IMG/VR virus record: IMGVR_UViG_3300009152_000041
Coordinates: 1,901 to 65,900 of that record
DNA from: a virus
Strand: one strand, 5' to 3'
Length of the DNA stretch: 64,000 bases
Part shown: positions 10,713 through 22,472 of the stretch, piece by piece
Layout: every line of letters begins with the position of its first letter
How positions within the stretch are numbered: position 1 is the first letter of the stretch
Program-made: the position numbers and the translations under genes
The notes under the pieces: generated by a model
What the model saw: only the letters and a program-made list of their open reading frames with translations
What the model was told of the DNA's origin: nothing
Database searches by the model: none

Positions 10713-13700
10713 GATAATACACCCCAATCATTTCCTTCCATATCTTGAATCTTATATGCTACACCGGCGGTTATGTTCTTACTTATTATACTATACAACT
10801 CTGCTTCACTAGTAAAATTATTTAATACTTCTTTTGGCAGTTTTATTATAATGAATCCGCCCTTTGAATATGCCTGTTGATCTGGTGGATAAACATCCCA
10901 GAATGAAGATGCTTCTTTGACTTCTTTAAAGACCTTGTTTATATCGAGTGATCCATAAGATTGTACATCTATAGTCTTACCCATAGTAGCCTTTAATCCT
11001 CCGCCTTTTAATCTTAAATCTTCAATAGCTAAATCTTTAACATCTACAGAATTCAATACGTGAACCAGCCCTATTTGAAGAGAAAATGGATCGTAGTTAA
11101 CGCTATTATATGGATCAAAAATAGAAGTATTATAAGTAAAATCTATTGGAGAATCATATGAATAGTCGCTAACATAATCCCAAACATAGCCATCTTGACT
11201 AGAGCTTCTAACTTCTATTCTTATAGGTTTAATATAAATATGTAGAGGCTTTTCTGTTTCTACTGTGTTTTTATTGAGGAATGGATTCAATGGAATAACT
11301 CTGCCGTTAATTTGTTTGAGCGGAATACCATTTGATTTAGCGGTGTAGTTCACTCTTATTAGATCTGGATCACTCGTTATCGGTGTGATGAAATCTACTA
11401 TTCCAGTCTGGGAATTAATATTTCTTATAAGATTTGAATCTACTGCTGTCCATGGTGAGTCAACTGATTCTCTTGTTTCAAAATCAACCCAGTTAACAAC
11501 TGACCCACATTCCATTTGCGAAGGTTCCATAAAAGTTGCTATAGGAACTTGCATTAATTGATATCTCTTAGATGATAAAACTATTGGTGTTTCATTAATT
11601 ATAGTAATATATGGTTTACCAGCAATCTGAGACCAGATTACATTACCCATATTTAAAGTTGAATATGTAGCTCTTAATACTTTCCCAGTGTACTTTTCAG
11701 CCCAAGAAGTCCAACCATAAGCTGGGTTTATGTATATATCTTTTGTGAAAGATCCAGATGTTATATACAACGGCCATTGTTGAAACTTTGAAAGATTTGG
11801 TGGGATCGATGATATTCCTATTCTTGATGATGGAACATATTCAACATTGTATATAGGGCATGCCATCTTTACTGGTATGGAAGAAGGTATTATTTTGCCA
11901 GAAGTCTTTGGTCCAAAGAAGTCTAATCCATTTCCAAGATTTCCATCTGCATCTACTGCAAGTGCAGCAATGTATACATTTTCTGGACCTCTTGAAATGT
12001 AGTCTACATAATAAAGATTCATACCTAAAAATTCTTTTTTCTTATTATCATAGAAACCATAAAGAAAACCACCATCATCTCTAGCATTATTTGTTAATAT
12101 AAAAGATCCATAATCTGTATTAAATTCTTTATCAGTAGAAAGAGTATTTACAAAAGATTGAAGATCTATGCCGTATGGTTTACCAACTTTATCTTTATCT
12201 AAACTTGGTTGAGTTAAAAGTACGAGGCCATCTAAGACAGAGATTGCTTTTTTTGCAGATTTTATTATAGAACCATCTGTTTTCATTAACCAATAATTAT
12301 CCAAAAGCTTCTCAGCGCTTTTGATTACGTTTGAATTTTCATATATAAGAGATGAAGTTTCAAAAACTAATCTATTCGAAGAAATACTTAAATTTAAATC
12401 TGAACTATTTACTGGGTTTCCAGTCGCTGAAACAACATTAGCTACAGCAAAAGTATTTGAGTTTATTGAAACTGTTTTTGTCTGCGTTAAGTTTATTGAT
12501 ATAGATTCATCTTTGTACTGAGGCTCTAAATTAGAATCAGAGTAAGGTGTAAATGGCGGACTATATGAAGTGCTACTAAAATTAATTGTAGTATTCGATA
12601 AGTTTAAAGTTTTTTCTCCAGACCATGTAGGATATGTTATAGATACTGGAGTTGTTGCATACTTGGTGGACTTAACACCATTTAGATCTATAATCTCAGC
12701 TTTGTTTGGAGATATACCAGTAACTGATCCAGCTATATTAAACTTTATTTCTACTGGAGCTGTAGTCGTATCTAATCTATAACCACTTTCGACTATTGTT
12801 TGAGCATTAAAAGTATCTAGTGTGTAACCAATTTCAAATTCTACTTTAGCTAAAGAATAACCTTCAGTAAAGGTTCCATATTTCCCCCCTAATGAACCAC
12901 CATTAAACTGGAAAGCAAAGAACATACACTCTGCCATAGGCTTATTAACTTCAATTGTAAACTTTTCAGTTGTATACTCTGCAGCGCCTTTAATTATATT
13001 TTTGCCAGCCATGTCTATCCCAGAATAGACTACTGCCTGCTTGAGAGCTATTCCCTTATAGTCTGGTGCACCAGCAAATGTTCCAGGATATATAGTCACA
13101 GATTTGAGAACTTGACCCTTTAGATCTTGTTGCGTTATTCCATCAATTGAAATTTGGTCAAATGGAACTGCAAAAAATATTGAATCTACTAATTTTTTAG
13201 GACCAGATTGACCAGTATATGTTATTTTTCTATAATTCCAATCTCTATTAGGAAGATCATGTAACTCTATCGCATCTGCGGCTGCTACAACATACTTAAC
13301 AACTGTTGGATTATTTACTTGTAACCTAGCTATTATTGCACTATATCGGGTTGGATCAGAATTCTTTATAGATTTCCAAATATGAATTGCGATTAATGAC
13401 TTAGTTTCGCTATCAACCGTTCCATTTTCATATCTTGCATTGACTGATGCCTGAAAAGCCAAAACTGCATTTCGTGTGTTTGCTTTAAACTGTCCACTTA
13501 ATTCTGGAAGTTTTCCAGCAACCAATATCCCGGCTTCCCTCATACTTATCTGTATATATTTAATATAATCTGGAAGCATATTGGGTTTATTTTCTCCATA
13601 TGCTCCGATGATATTACCTTGTTGTATGTCCCCTGTATATAAAAAGTTATTAACTGGATCGTTACTATTTATCCCTTGCCTGTAGGCGTCAATTCTATCA

Positions 13701-16438
13701 GCACCAGAAAATGCTGCGCCAGTTTCAAAAGTTTTGGTAAGAGCAATATCGTCTGCTTCCCTTTTGGAACCAGGTGGAAAAACATCTTCATATCTTGCTT
13801 GTCTTGATAGTGTTGCTGTATATTCTGCGGTAATAACTGCTGACCAATTTGCACTAAAGCTTAGCGTTGATTCACTTGATTGATTATAAGAATTAAAGAT
13901 AGAAAAATTAAACGTATAATTTTTATAACTATTAGACGAAGATATTGAACTAGAAAGTCCATCGTTTATTTCTTTGGTCGATGATCTATATAGTCTTTCT
14001 CTTATAACGTAAGGACCAAAGCCACCGGGCACAGTGAATTGAGCTGATGGAGAATTAGTATACGCATAAACTGCCCCAGTAATGCTATCGTTGTTTATCT
14101 TAAATAGATTATAAGAAGTTGGTATCTCTGTACCACTTTGTACAACGGCTGCGTAAATACGATCTCCACCTTTTATCGGAGTAGCGTTTGCGATTTCTAC
14201 GTCATTATTTGTTATCTCTATAAAAAATTCTAAATTACTAGAATCAATTTCTTGCAAAGAGATACTGTGTTGATCAGCTAAAAAGTCATAAATAGATTTT
14301 TTGTAAAATTCTAACACTGAAGAATTACTTGGGATTAAATTCCTTGCATACTTTGAGGTTCCAACAGCATTTTGATTGTCTACCTTAATAAGAGAATATA
14401 CTTCTTTTTTCTCGTCTTCTAATAAAACGTTTCCATTTAATACATATGAAGATTGCCAATTTGAAACCTGATAGTACATTGACGATCTTAGATCTTTAAC
14501 CTTAGTTGAAAATATTCTATTTAATAATGCAACCGAACATGCATTGTATAGCATTTTCATTGGACCTTCTATTGCTGCTACAGCAGTAAACGTAGCTTGA
14601 GTTATGCTAGTTGGACCATTGTTACTTGTTGCTATATCAAAGATGGAAGATGGTTGGTATATGTCATTGCAGTATTTAAGCATTGGTGTGGTTGTGGCCA
14701 ATAGCGTGCCTTTAGATAGCGAATCAGTTGAAGGTGTGAACTCTAAGCTAACGAATATAGGCTTACTTCTAGAGTTAGTTAGCACAGTATTATTGGTTGA
14801 AATATTTCCAGTAAATTCTTTTACTGTTTTTTTAGTTGTAAGATTAGAAAGATTGCTTCTTCCAAATATTGAATATACATCGTAGTTAACATTATCTACA
14901 GTTAATCTTTCAAAAATACCTGGGTTAATCGGCCAAGCATTGGTTTTATTTTCATTAAGAAAAATATTTTCCTGATTATAGGTCCATGTATCTAGCGGAT
15001 ATTCCTGGGCACTGACCGATAAGGATGGATCTATTGATTGTGCGCCAGTATAATCAATTGCCTGTGTTGTGATAACAGAAAGTTTTGATAAATCTAATAC
15101 CAGTGTTCCCTGAGTCTGCTCTAGATACTTCTTTAGCTTTAGACCTTGTTCTGTAGTTATTGGAGAACTAGGAGTCCAGGTGACTATGTCGTATAGAGAA
15201 AGTTCATCATCAGTAACTTTATCTAAATTTAATAACCAATACGATGCTTGATTTTTTCCGTATTGATTACTCTTTTCCGATAAGGGATTTGCATATTTGT
15301 ACTTAGATGCATTAAACGGAGACTGCTCTAGTCTCAAAAAAGCGTAAGGGTTTGCTGCGCCAAAATCATTAGATTGCTCCATGCCAGATATCTGTGCTGA
15401 TGTTGATAGCACGGCACAATTAATTACTTTTTGTTTTATAGAACTTTCTTTATCTATTTCTTCACCATAATTTATAGATGAAACATCAACGGATCTTTTA
15501 ACTTTAGTTATTAATCTCCAGTTAAAAGATTCATAAGTTCTATTATCTGACAAAGCTTTTTTAGGAACAAATACTTCAAAACCTTCTGCTCTAGCATTCG
15601 TGCTGTTAATTAAATTATTTTTTGATGTAATAGATTTTTTACTATATATTTTTTTTGACCTTGAAGAATTATCTACAACAATTGATTCCTCTCCAATTCT
15701 ATTAAAAATACTAACAGTATTAATGTTTTCTTTATATTGAGGAATCGTTGAAGATATTGACTCAGTTGAAGATAGCGTAACCTTATCGTAAACTAACGAT
15801 AAGTCTACTGGAGATGGACTATCAAATAAAGCTATTATCTTAGAAGGAATATTTGATCTATTTGAATAGATTGGCAAATCTAATTGTTCAATTAATATTC
15901 TATATTTTTTCAAACCAGTAGATTGATCTACATACTCAAAACCATTTTTGTCAATAACTTTAATTGACTTTGGAACACTGGACTCTGACAAAAAATCATC
16001 AAGTCCATCATATGCGTAAGAACTTCTTGGCAGGAGAGTATAGTATCTAGAAACATAAAACGAATGAACAAATCCGTTCTTATTAAGATCTTCAATGTAG
16101 TACTTCTTATCTAATGCACGTGTGTTTAGGAATACATCGCTCACGCTAATGTCATCTGAATCGAATACCGTATAGCCATCTGAGTCCTCTAGTATTCCTA
16201 GTTCATTGGCAAAAACTATTTTATTCTTTGCAGATCTATTTGAAGCATTAATATTTGAAGAGTATGAATTCTCTGGTATAAAATTAGACAGATCTGTTAC
16301 TGAAATGTTATTTGCTGGAGTTACTGGCTTTGAGTTAAACCAAACTAAAGCGGTTGAGGAATCATCTAGTGGTAAATTATTTACTTTTCTTATCTTTTTT
16401 TGACTACTGTTGTCAATATTTAAATTAAACTTATCCAC
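10709..16438 (-). CDS. Giant tail/baseplate protein (1909 aa) with embedded peptidoglycan-binding-like domain
   Basis: Intact ORF; internal segment YIKYIQISMREAGILV...QFKANTRNAVLAFQASVNARYENGTVDSETKSLI resembles PG_binding_1. Confidence 0.6.
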   Translation of the reverse strand: MDKFNLNIDNSSQKKIRKVNNLPLDDSSTALVWFNSKPVTPANNISVTDLSNFIPENSYSSNINASNRSAKNKIVFANELGILEDSDGYTVFDSDDISVSDVFLNTRALDKKYYIEDLNKNGFVHSFYVSRYYTLLPRSSYAYDGLDDFLSESSVPKSIKVIDKNGFEYVDQSTGLKKYRILIEQLDLPIYSNRSNIPSKIIALFDSPSPVDLSLVYDKVTLSSTESISSTIPQYKENINTVSIFNRIGEESIVVDNSSRSKKIYSKKSITSKNNLINSTNARAEGFEVFVPKKALSDNRTYESFNWRLITKVKRSVDVSSINYGEEIDKESSIKQKVINCAVLSTSAQISGMEQSNDFGAANPYAFLRLEQSPFNASKYKYANPLSEKSNQYGKNQASYWLLNLDKVTDDELSLYDIVTWTPSSPITTEQGLKLKKYLEQTQGTLVLDLSKLSVITTQAIDYTGAQSIDPSLSVSAQEYPLDTWTYNQENIFLNENKTNAWPINPGIFERLTVDNVNYDVYSIFGRSNLSNLTTKKTVKEFTGNISTNNTVLTNSRSKPIFVSLEFTPSTDSLSKGTLLATTTPMLKYCNDIYQPSSIFDIATSNNGPTSITQATFTAVAAIEGPMKMLYNACSVALLNRIFSTKVKDLRSSMYYQVSNWQSSYVLNGNVLLEDEKKEVYSLIKVDNQNAVGTSKYARNLIPSNSSVLEFYKKSIYDFLADQHSISLQEIDSSNLEFFIEITNNDVEIANATPIKGGDRIYAAVVQSGTEIPTSYNLFKINNDSITGAVYAYTNSPSAQFTVPGGFGPYVIRERLYRSSTKEINDGLSSSISSSNSYKNYTFNFSIFNSYNQSSESTLSFSANWSAVITAEYTATLSRQARYEDVFPPGSKREADDIALTKTFETGAAFSGADRIDAYRQGINSNDPVNNFLYTGDIQQGNIIGAYGENKPNMLPDYIKYIQISMREAGILVAGKLPELSGQFKANTRNAVLAFQASVNARYENGTVDSETKSLIAIHIWKSIKNSDPTRYSAIIARLQVNNPTVVKYVVAAADAIELHDLPNRDWNYRKITYTGQSGPKKLVDSIFFAVPFDQISIDGITQQDLKGQVLKSVTIYPGTFAGAPDYKGIALKQAVVYSGIDMAGKNIIKGAAEYTTEKFTIEVNKPMAECMFFAFQFNGGSLGGKYGTFTEGYSLAKVEFEIGYTLDTFNAQTIVESGYRLDTTTAPVEIKFNIAGSVTGISPNKAEIIDLNGVKSTKYATTPVSITYPTWSGEKTLNLSNTTINFSSTSYSPPFTPYSDSNLEPQYKDESISINLTQTKTVSINSNTFAVANVVSATGNPVNSSDLNLSISSNRLVFETSSLIYENSNVIKSAEKLLDNYWLMKTDGSIIKSAKKAISVLDGLVLLTQPSLDKDKVGKPYGIDLQSFVNTLSTDKEFNTDYGSFILTNNARDDGGFLYGFYDNKKKEFLGMNLYYVDYISRGPENVYIAALAVDADGNLGNGLDFFGPKTSGKIIPSSIPVKMACPIYNVEYVPSSRIGISSIPPNLSKFQQWPLYITSGSFTKDIYINPAYGWTSWAEKYTGKVLRATYSTLNMGNVIWSQIAGKPYITIINETPIVLSSKRYQLMQVPIATFMEPSQMECGSVVNWVDFETRESVDSPWTAVDSNLIRNINSQTGIVDFITPITSDPDLIRVNYTAKSNGIPLKQINGRVIPLNPFLNKNTVETEKPLHIYIKPIRIEVRSSSQDGYVWDYVSDYSYDSPIDFTYNTSIFDPYNSVNYDPFSLQIGLVHVLNSVDVKDLAIEDLRLKGGGLKATMGKTIDVQSYGSLDINKVFKEVKEASSFWDVYPPDQQAYSKGGFIIIKLPKEVLNNFTSEAELYSIISKNITAGVAYKIQDMEGNDWGVLS

Positions 16439-16440
16439 AA

Positions 16441-19400
16441 TTAATCCTCATAATCCTTTATTAAGTTAGAGTAATCTGAAATAACATATGGGGTTGCACC
16501 AAAATATCCAGCTTGGTACTGGTCGTATCTTGGAATTGGCAGCCATTGTGGCGGCGTCCATCTAGGCGTCGATTCAGTGTTGTCTACTATGTTTTCATTA
16601 TAGTAACTAATTCTAAACGTTGGAGTAGAATATATATTCAATGATTTACTAATATCATGATTAATTATATCGGGTATCTTTAATCCAGGCACAAAATTGA
16701 TGTCTACATTATCATAAGATTCATACCAGAATAGAACATCGCCAACTGATGTATTTGGAGTCGAAGATGGAGTTGAACTTAACTCTGAATCGATAGCCAT
16801 AAACCAATATCCAGGAGTTGCTCTTTCCTGTGATGGAACTGGACCTATCTCGAACTTTCCATTAACATCCGTATAGACTATGCCTGAAGTAGTGTTCTTA
16901 TCTGGCTTTAAGGTTGAGTTACTATAGGGTACTTCGTTTAGGGTTGAGTATAGATATCTAGACTTTCTCCAGTAAATTACACTATTCTCACTTGGTGCAT
17001 TGTCGGTTGTTAGTATTCCCGATATGGTTGTAGATGATATTCCATCAGCATTGATGATGCTTGGGTTGGCTGACGCTAATAGCGTTGTATCTTCAGCCCT
17101 TGAAGAATATACTGGAATAAACTCAAGAGTAAAGAATTCACTAGTTTCACTATCTGGATGCGCTAATGGATTACTCGGGTATATTGCTCCATCAATTAAG
17201 ACCATCACGTTAGTACTGTATGCGATGTCTCCACTTTCATAAACTGCATTTACAGAAGCAAATCCTTCATCGTCTGTAGTTATGGTACTTTGAGCAAAGG
17301 TTAGCTGATGAAGTAGTGAGGAAAGACTAAAGCTTTGATATGGTTTTGGATTTCCTTCAGTATCTAAAGAAATTATACTTATAGTTATATAATCATTTCC
17401 ATCGTCTAAGATGTAACCCGGAGAAATATATAGTTTTATTCTGTCAAAGTCGTACGTTGCATTTGATGCAATTACGTAACCCTTGTCTAGGAGTGAGCTT
17501 GTTTGTCCAAAATTTAAATCAATAGGAGTTGAGTCTTCGTATATTGAAGATTCATATGTGATCTCATAGTTCATTGTAGCGTTAGGAGTAGCATCAAAAA
17601 CTATCTTTGAATAATATGAAGAACCATCAAGGATATTATCCACGTAATATGAATTAACAACCTTATATTTTATGTAATAGTCTCTATCTTTTTTAAATTC
17701 ATATGTAGATTTATCTAACTTAATAAATGAATTATTTGTTGAAAGATTGCTGAATAGAAGCTCTCCAGTGTACGCATCTGTAATAGAAAGATTATAAACA
17801 TTTTTATAACCAAGATGAAAGCTATTGTCAAACTTAGGCTGTAACGTTTCTGTATTTTCAAATCCAAAATGCCTTGGAGAAGACTCATGAGGAAATCCCA
17901 CCTCAGTATAAATTTCAGGAGTTGCTGAACCAACTAAAGAAACATTTACCATAACCGGAGCACCTTGCCTAGGTGCATTGGCTAATGTTACCTCTTTTAG
18001 TATTCCAGTTTTAACCTCAGTTACCGGCTTAGCATAGACGTAATACTCATCATTGTCTAAATGAATCCAGCCAGTATTAATCCTGGCGTCTAATCTTGCG
18101 TCGTATAATTTTCCTCTAACTATAAAGTTATCAAATACCGTAGTATTTCTCTGTAGATCATATGACTCAGAGATGGAATTATCTGGATATCTTAAACTCT
18201 TTGTGGTGTAATCAGTATCTGTGTAAATGCTAGATATACCGTTCGACTCAAGAACATACGTTCTATTTAAAAATGGATTAACGATTTTTTGTTCTGACCA
18301 AACTGATACATTTACAGATTCAGGATCTAAAACTTCAATTGTTTCAAAGAAGTATTTAAACTTTTCAGAACCAGACAGGCCAAAACCTTCTCTTGTTAAT
18401 TCTGGTAATGAAATATAATTACTATTTTTTCCTGGAACATATTCACCATTTAAGGAGTTATAACTGATTACCCCATATTCATCAACGTATCCAGAGATAG
18501 GAGAAGCATGTGTTAGCTCAAAGGGATCCCAATTAACTATCTCAAATGGATAGATTGAGCTATTTTGAGTCGATACTGTAAGTGAATTCGGAGTACTAGT
18601 ATATGGATAGCTAAGTTGAGTAAAGTAATATGATGCAGTTGCAGCGGATCCGTTTACTGTAGTTGTTCCAATTTTAGCGTTTGAACTAGGTGTTGCAAGA
18701 TTTGAACTATTAAATCTTATGCTTAAGTTGGGTGAAGATGGAATAAATACTTCTCTATCAGTTTCTAAATAATAAGAAACACCACCATAGCCAGAAAAAG
18801 CTGAATTGTCATCAAGGTAATCTACGTCTACGCTTGTTGGTTTCAAGTTATTAATAAATATCTGTCTTGGCGTTGCTCCTACTGGCATGATTATATTAGA
18901 GACAATTCTATTATGATCAATTGAATAACCACTTGGTGGCGTAGCAACATTATTGATAATAATTTCAGACTCTTGTGGAGTTGTGTATTTAGTTACTTGA
19001 ACTGGATTATATAGCTTTGAAAGAAGCTGCAGTTGTGTACTCTGAGCAAAGTTTGGTGTTGCTGATAATAGCGTTCCACTACTTATTAGATTCGCAGTTC
19101 TGTGAGAAAACTTTGCTTCAAAGTTATTAGAGTTTGGCGTTGCATAAGTTGAGCCATTCCATAATCCATTTTTAAGAACTATGTTTTCTATCTCAGATAC
19201 TTCTAATCTAGAAGTGTTAATTGAACTTTTTGTATCTTTATATCCAGATAATGTTTGTTTTTCTTTTAGTGAATATTTTGATGAAACATATCCTTCTGTA
19301 TCAAATATTTCTATAGAATTATATTCCGGGTAAGCTGAGTGAGTTGGACCAAAATTATTCTTTGGATAGAATGTGAGCGGTGCAAAAAATGTTATTGGCG

Positions 19401-21220
19401 TTGCATATGACCCGTGCGGGGTAGCACTGAATTCAAGAGTTAGATTTACGGTAGCTGCTGGATTATTGTATTCGGTAATTTCATAGGAACCATAATACTC
19501 ATACTGAAGTTTTACTGGTTCATACTTTAAAGAAGTGCTAACATTTTTCTTGCCCTTGGCAACTATTGAAGTTTCAAAAAACTGAGGAGTTGCATCGTAG
19601 TTAGTGACAAATAATCCAGCGTCATTTAAGTCTCCAACTCCTGGTTGATAATATGGTATTGCAATTTCTTCATCATAGTATCTAGAGCGAATTCTATTAA
19701 CACCCTCATTATCCTCTCCAGCGTAGTCCCAAATGCTATCTCCAAATCTAAAGTATCCCCAATTTGTAGGGTATCTTACATTTAAATCATCTACTAATTT
19801 TTTAAATAGATCAGTTGGATTACCATCTGCGGTAAAATATGGAGTTGAATATTCTATATCTGATATTTCTAAAATTTCAGGTGTTGCGCCTGGATAACTA
19901 GAAGATGGAGTGGCACCAAAAGCCTTCCAAAGATTTAACTCTCTTCTAAGAACTTTTTTAAATGATTCTATATCAGCGCCATTTGGATTTTTGAATACAT
20001 CTAGAATTCTTTCCTTATAGGAAGCGTTAGACTCAAGATGCATTCTAAATAAACCAACTCTTGCACCCATTTCGTCAAACCAGTTGTATCTTAATATTGG
20101 TGTTTGAGTTAAAGGAGTTACAGTTCCAGTATTTTCACTCTTTATTGAGAGATTTCCATATTCTTTTACTGTTAGAATTTCTCTATTTAAAGGGTTGTGA
20201 TAAAAAACATCATCAGAAATTTTTGATTTATAGAAATCAACAAGGTTATCTACTCTAGCTAATTCTAGAAGTTCATTAGATAATACTTTATTAAAAACAT
20301 TTGTTATATTTGTAGAAGAATACAACCAAGTTAATTGATTAACATCAGCTCTTTCTATAAAAGAGTTAATTCTAAATATATCTATTTCTCTATCAAAGTC
20401 ATCTAAATCTTCACCAATAACTGCATTTAAAAATTTGCCAGCTGTTGATTTTGGTACATATAAACTAGGAGTAGCCTGATCTATTGAGTCTTCATATAGA
20501 TGCATCCACGAAGGAAATCTGCCTAATACATTTTTTGTTGAACGTGAAATTACTGGGTTAGAAGGTTCTGATATAGCTACTTCTATTATAAGAAGAAAAC
20601 TTAAAGATGTTAATACTTCTAATTCCGTATTTACTACTACTTCAAATTTTGCATATCGCTTTACATCTTTTGATAGAAGTATTGATCCTAGAGCATTAGA
20701 AGTGGTAGTTACCGCTAGTAACCATGGTCCGATTTTGACTATCTGATTCGTATATATTTAAATCAAAAGTAATTGATTCAATACTGTTTAAGGAACTAGA
20801 AAAAGCTCCTTTAAAAGTTCTTATATCAATACGAGATGTTGTATCTATAAATCTATAGAGATAATCTTCTTCTGAATCAGCGGTAAAGATTGGCGTTGAA
20901 CTAGTATCTGGATCAAAAACAAAACTGTCACCGCTGACTGAATTTGAATTAAAGAATAAATGGGGACTTACACCAGGATCTAGATATAGTTCTCCAGTGT
21001 CAGTAACTGCATACGCACCTTCTATTGTTGGAGTGGCACCTTGTAATACGCTGGTTCCAGTATAAATGTAATCACCTAGTGAATTTAAACCAGTTGCTGA
21101 CCTAGTGTACGAGAAGTTTTTATAAAACTTATTTGAATAAAGGTCAATTACACTGGAGGTCCACAAATTATTACTTTTAGTGAAGTCTCCAGTGTTAAAG
21201 CTTAACAAATAGGTTTTCAT
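16441..21220 (-). CDS. Tail/fibre-like protein with Ig-like (Big_1-type) C-terminal region, about 1592 aa after +1 shift at CGG (20729-20731)
   Basis: Track gives 174 aa + 1354 aa. The second frame is open up to a stop at 20758-20760 with no ATG/GTG/TTG before 20505. Junction NIYESDSQN-[CGGA]-PWLLAVTTTSNALGSILLSKDVKRYAKFEVVV. Length 4780 nt = 3n+1. Confidence 0.75.
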
Positions 21221-21231
21221 TTATTAAACTC

Positions 21232-22449
21232 CTAAACCGCATCTAGCCAAATACTGTATTCGCAAGTAACTCCATTGTCGGGGTGAACAAACATCAAATG
21301 CTGACACGGTCTGCTCATTGAGGAAAAATACTCTTGAGCATAAGTGTTATAGCTTTCTGGTGAACCTGAGACCCTGAGCATTGAGCTACCTATGGTCATC
21401 TTAAACTGCTGATGATAGTGGCCCATAAATATATCTTCGAAGTGCTCTGGGATTGCGCCATCTTTCCACCCCATTGCCCTCTTATAGTAGCCATGATATT
21501 GTCCTGGTGCAGGCATTTGGTCACCATGAATTAATAGAGAACTGTAGTTACCTATGGTGTCTACAGCGTACCAATGTCTTTCACCTTTTCCATCTGGAAT
21601 ATTAAAGGTTATTCTTGGCTCTTGTCTTCCTTCTTTGTAAAAGAATTCCATTGACTTGTAAAGCAGTCTGTCCATATTTGTTTCTGGATCATGCATCTTT
21701 CTACCACGTCCGCCTACTGCGCCGTGATTTCCTATCACGCCAGTAACATGTACGTGCTCAAAGTGTTGCAATACAGTGTCAAAGAACTTGCTCAGAATTG
21801 CTGGACCGTTAACGCCTACTTGTCTATAGAGTCCAGAATCTATAAGGTGAGCTTGTCCTGGGAATATTTCTTCACCCTCTACGATGTCACCCAACAGCCA
21901 TACGTGAAGATTTTTAACGGGATGATGCTTCCTTTGTATTTCCGTTATTTCTAGCAGTTTCTGAGTATAAACTTCTATTCTTTCTGCCAAAACTTCAGAG
22001 TTATAATCAGGAGTTATCTTACCCAATTGCCAATCCGCAAATACCGCTACTGCCGTTTCAGGAACACCTGGTAACACCTTAAGTGTTGGGCCCTTAATGG
22101 GAGCAGTTTCTATAGATGAAAAGGCATCAAATGCAGCTTGATACACTGCATAAACTGTTTCGTCTTTTACGTTCTTATTCTTTTCAGCTATTTTAGCCAA
22201 ACGTCTATTCTCAGATCTTAAAAAGATAGATTGATCAGCAGCTGTGGCTTCATGACTATCTAAGAAGATTTGAGCGTCTTGCTCTTCTTCATTCCACACT
22301 TCTGTTATTCCAGTTTCTATTATTTCACAATCATCATGTAGTACTTCGCCAGGAAAGTTATCATACCCTTCTGATACCATTCTTGCATGGGTCATGTTTT
22401 TTGCTTTTACTATCTGCTTTCTTATAACAGAGTAAGTTTGTTCAGACAT
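21232..22449 (-). CDS. Calcineurin-like metallophosphoesterase (405 aa)
   Basis: Motifs VFADWQLGK, LLGDIVEGE, GVIGNHG, LLIHGDQ, IFMGHYHQQ. Confidence 0.85.
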   Translation of the reverse strand: MSEQTYSVIRKQIVKAKNMTHARMVSEGYDNFPGEVLHDDCEIIETGITEVWNEEEQDAQIFLDSHEATAADQSIFLRSENRRLAKIAEKNKNVKDETVYAVYQAAFDAFSSIETAPIKGPTLKVLPGVPETAVAVFADWQLGKITPDYNSEVLAERIEVYTQKLLEITEIQRKHHPVKNLHVWLLGDIVEGEEIFPGQAHLIDSGLYRQVGVNGPAILSKFFDTVLQHFEHVHVTGVIGNHGAVGGRGRKMHDPETNMDRLLYKSMEFFYKEGRQEPRITFNIPDGKGERHWYAVDTIGNYSSLLIHGDQMPAPGQYHGYYKRAMGWKDGAIPEHFEDIFMGHYHQQFKMTIGSSMLRVSGSPESYNTYAQEYFSSMSRPCQHLMFVHPDNGVTCEYSIWLDAV

Positions 22450-22472
22450 TAATTTACACCTTTTCTACTAGT

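Noticed and set aside
13585-13640. Possible in-frame CGG near 13606 in the 1909-aa gene
   Set aside because: Re-indexing showed the frame reads ATC GGA GCA (out-of-frame CGG). Similar checks at 54291 and 59868 were also out of frame (TCG GGT, TCG GTA).
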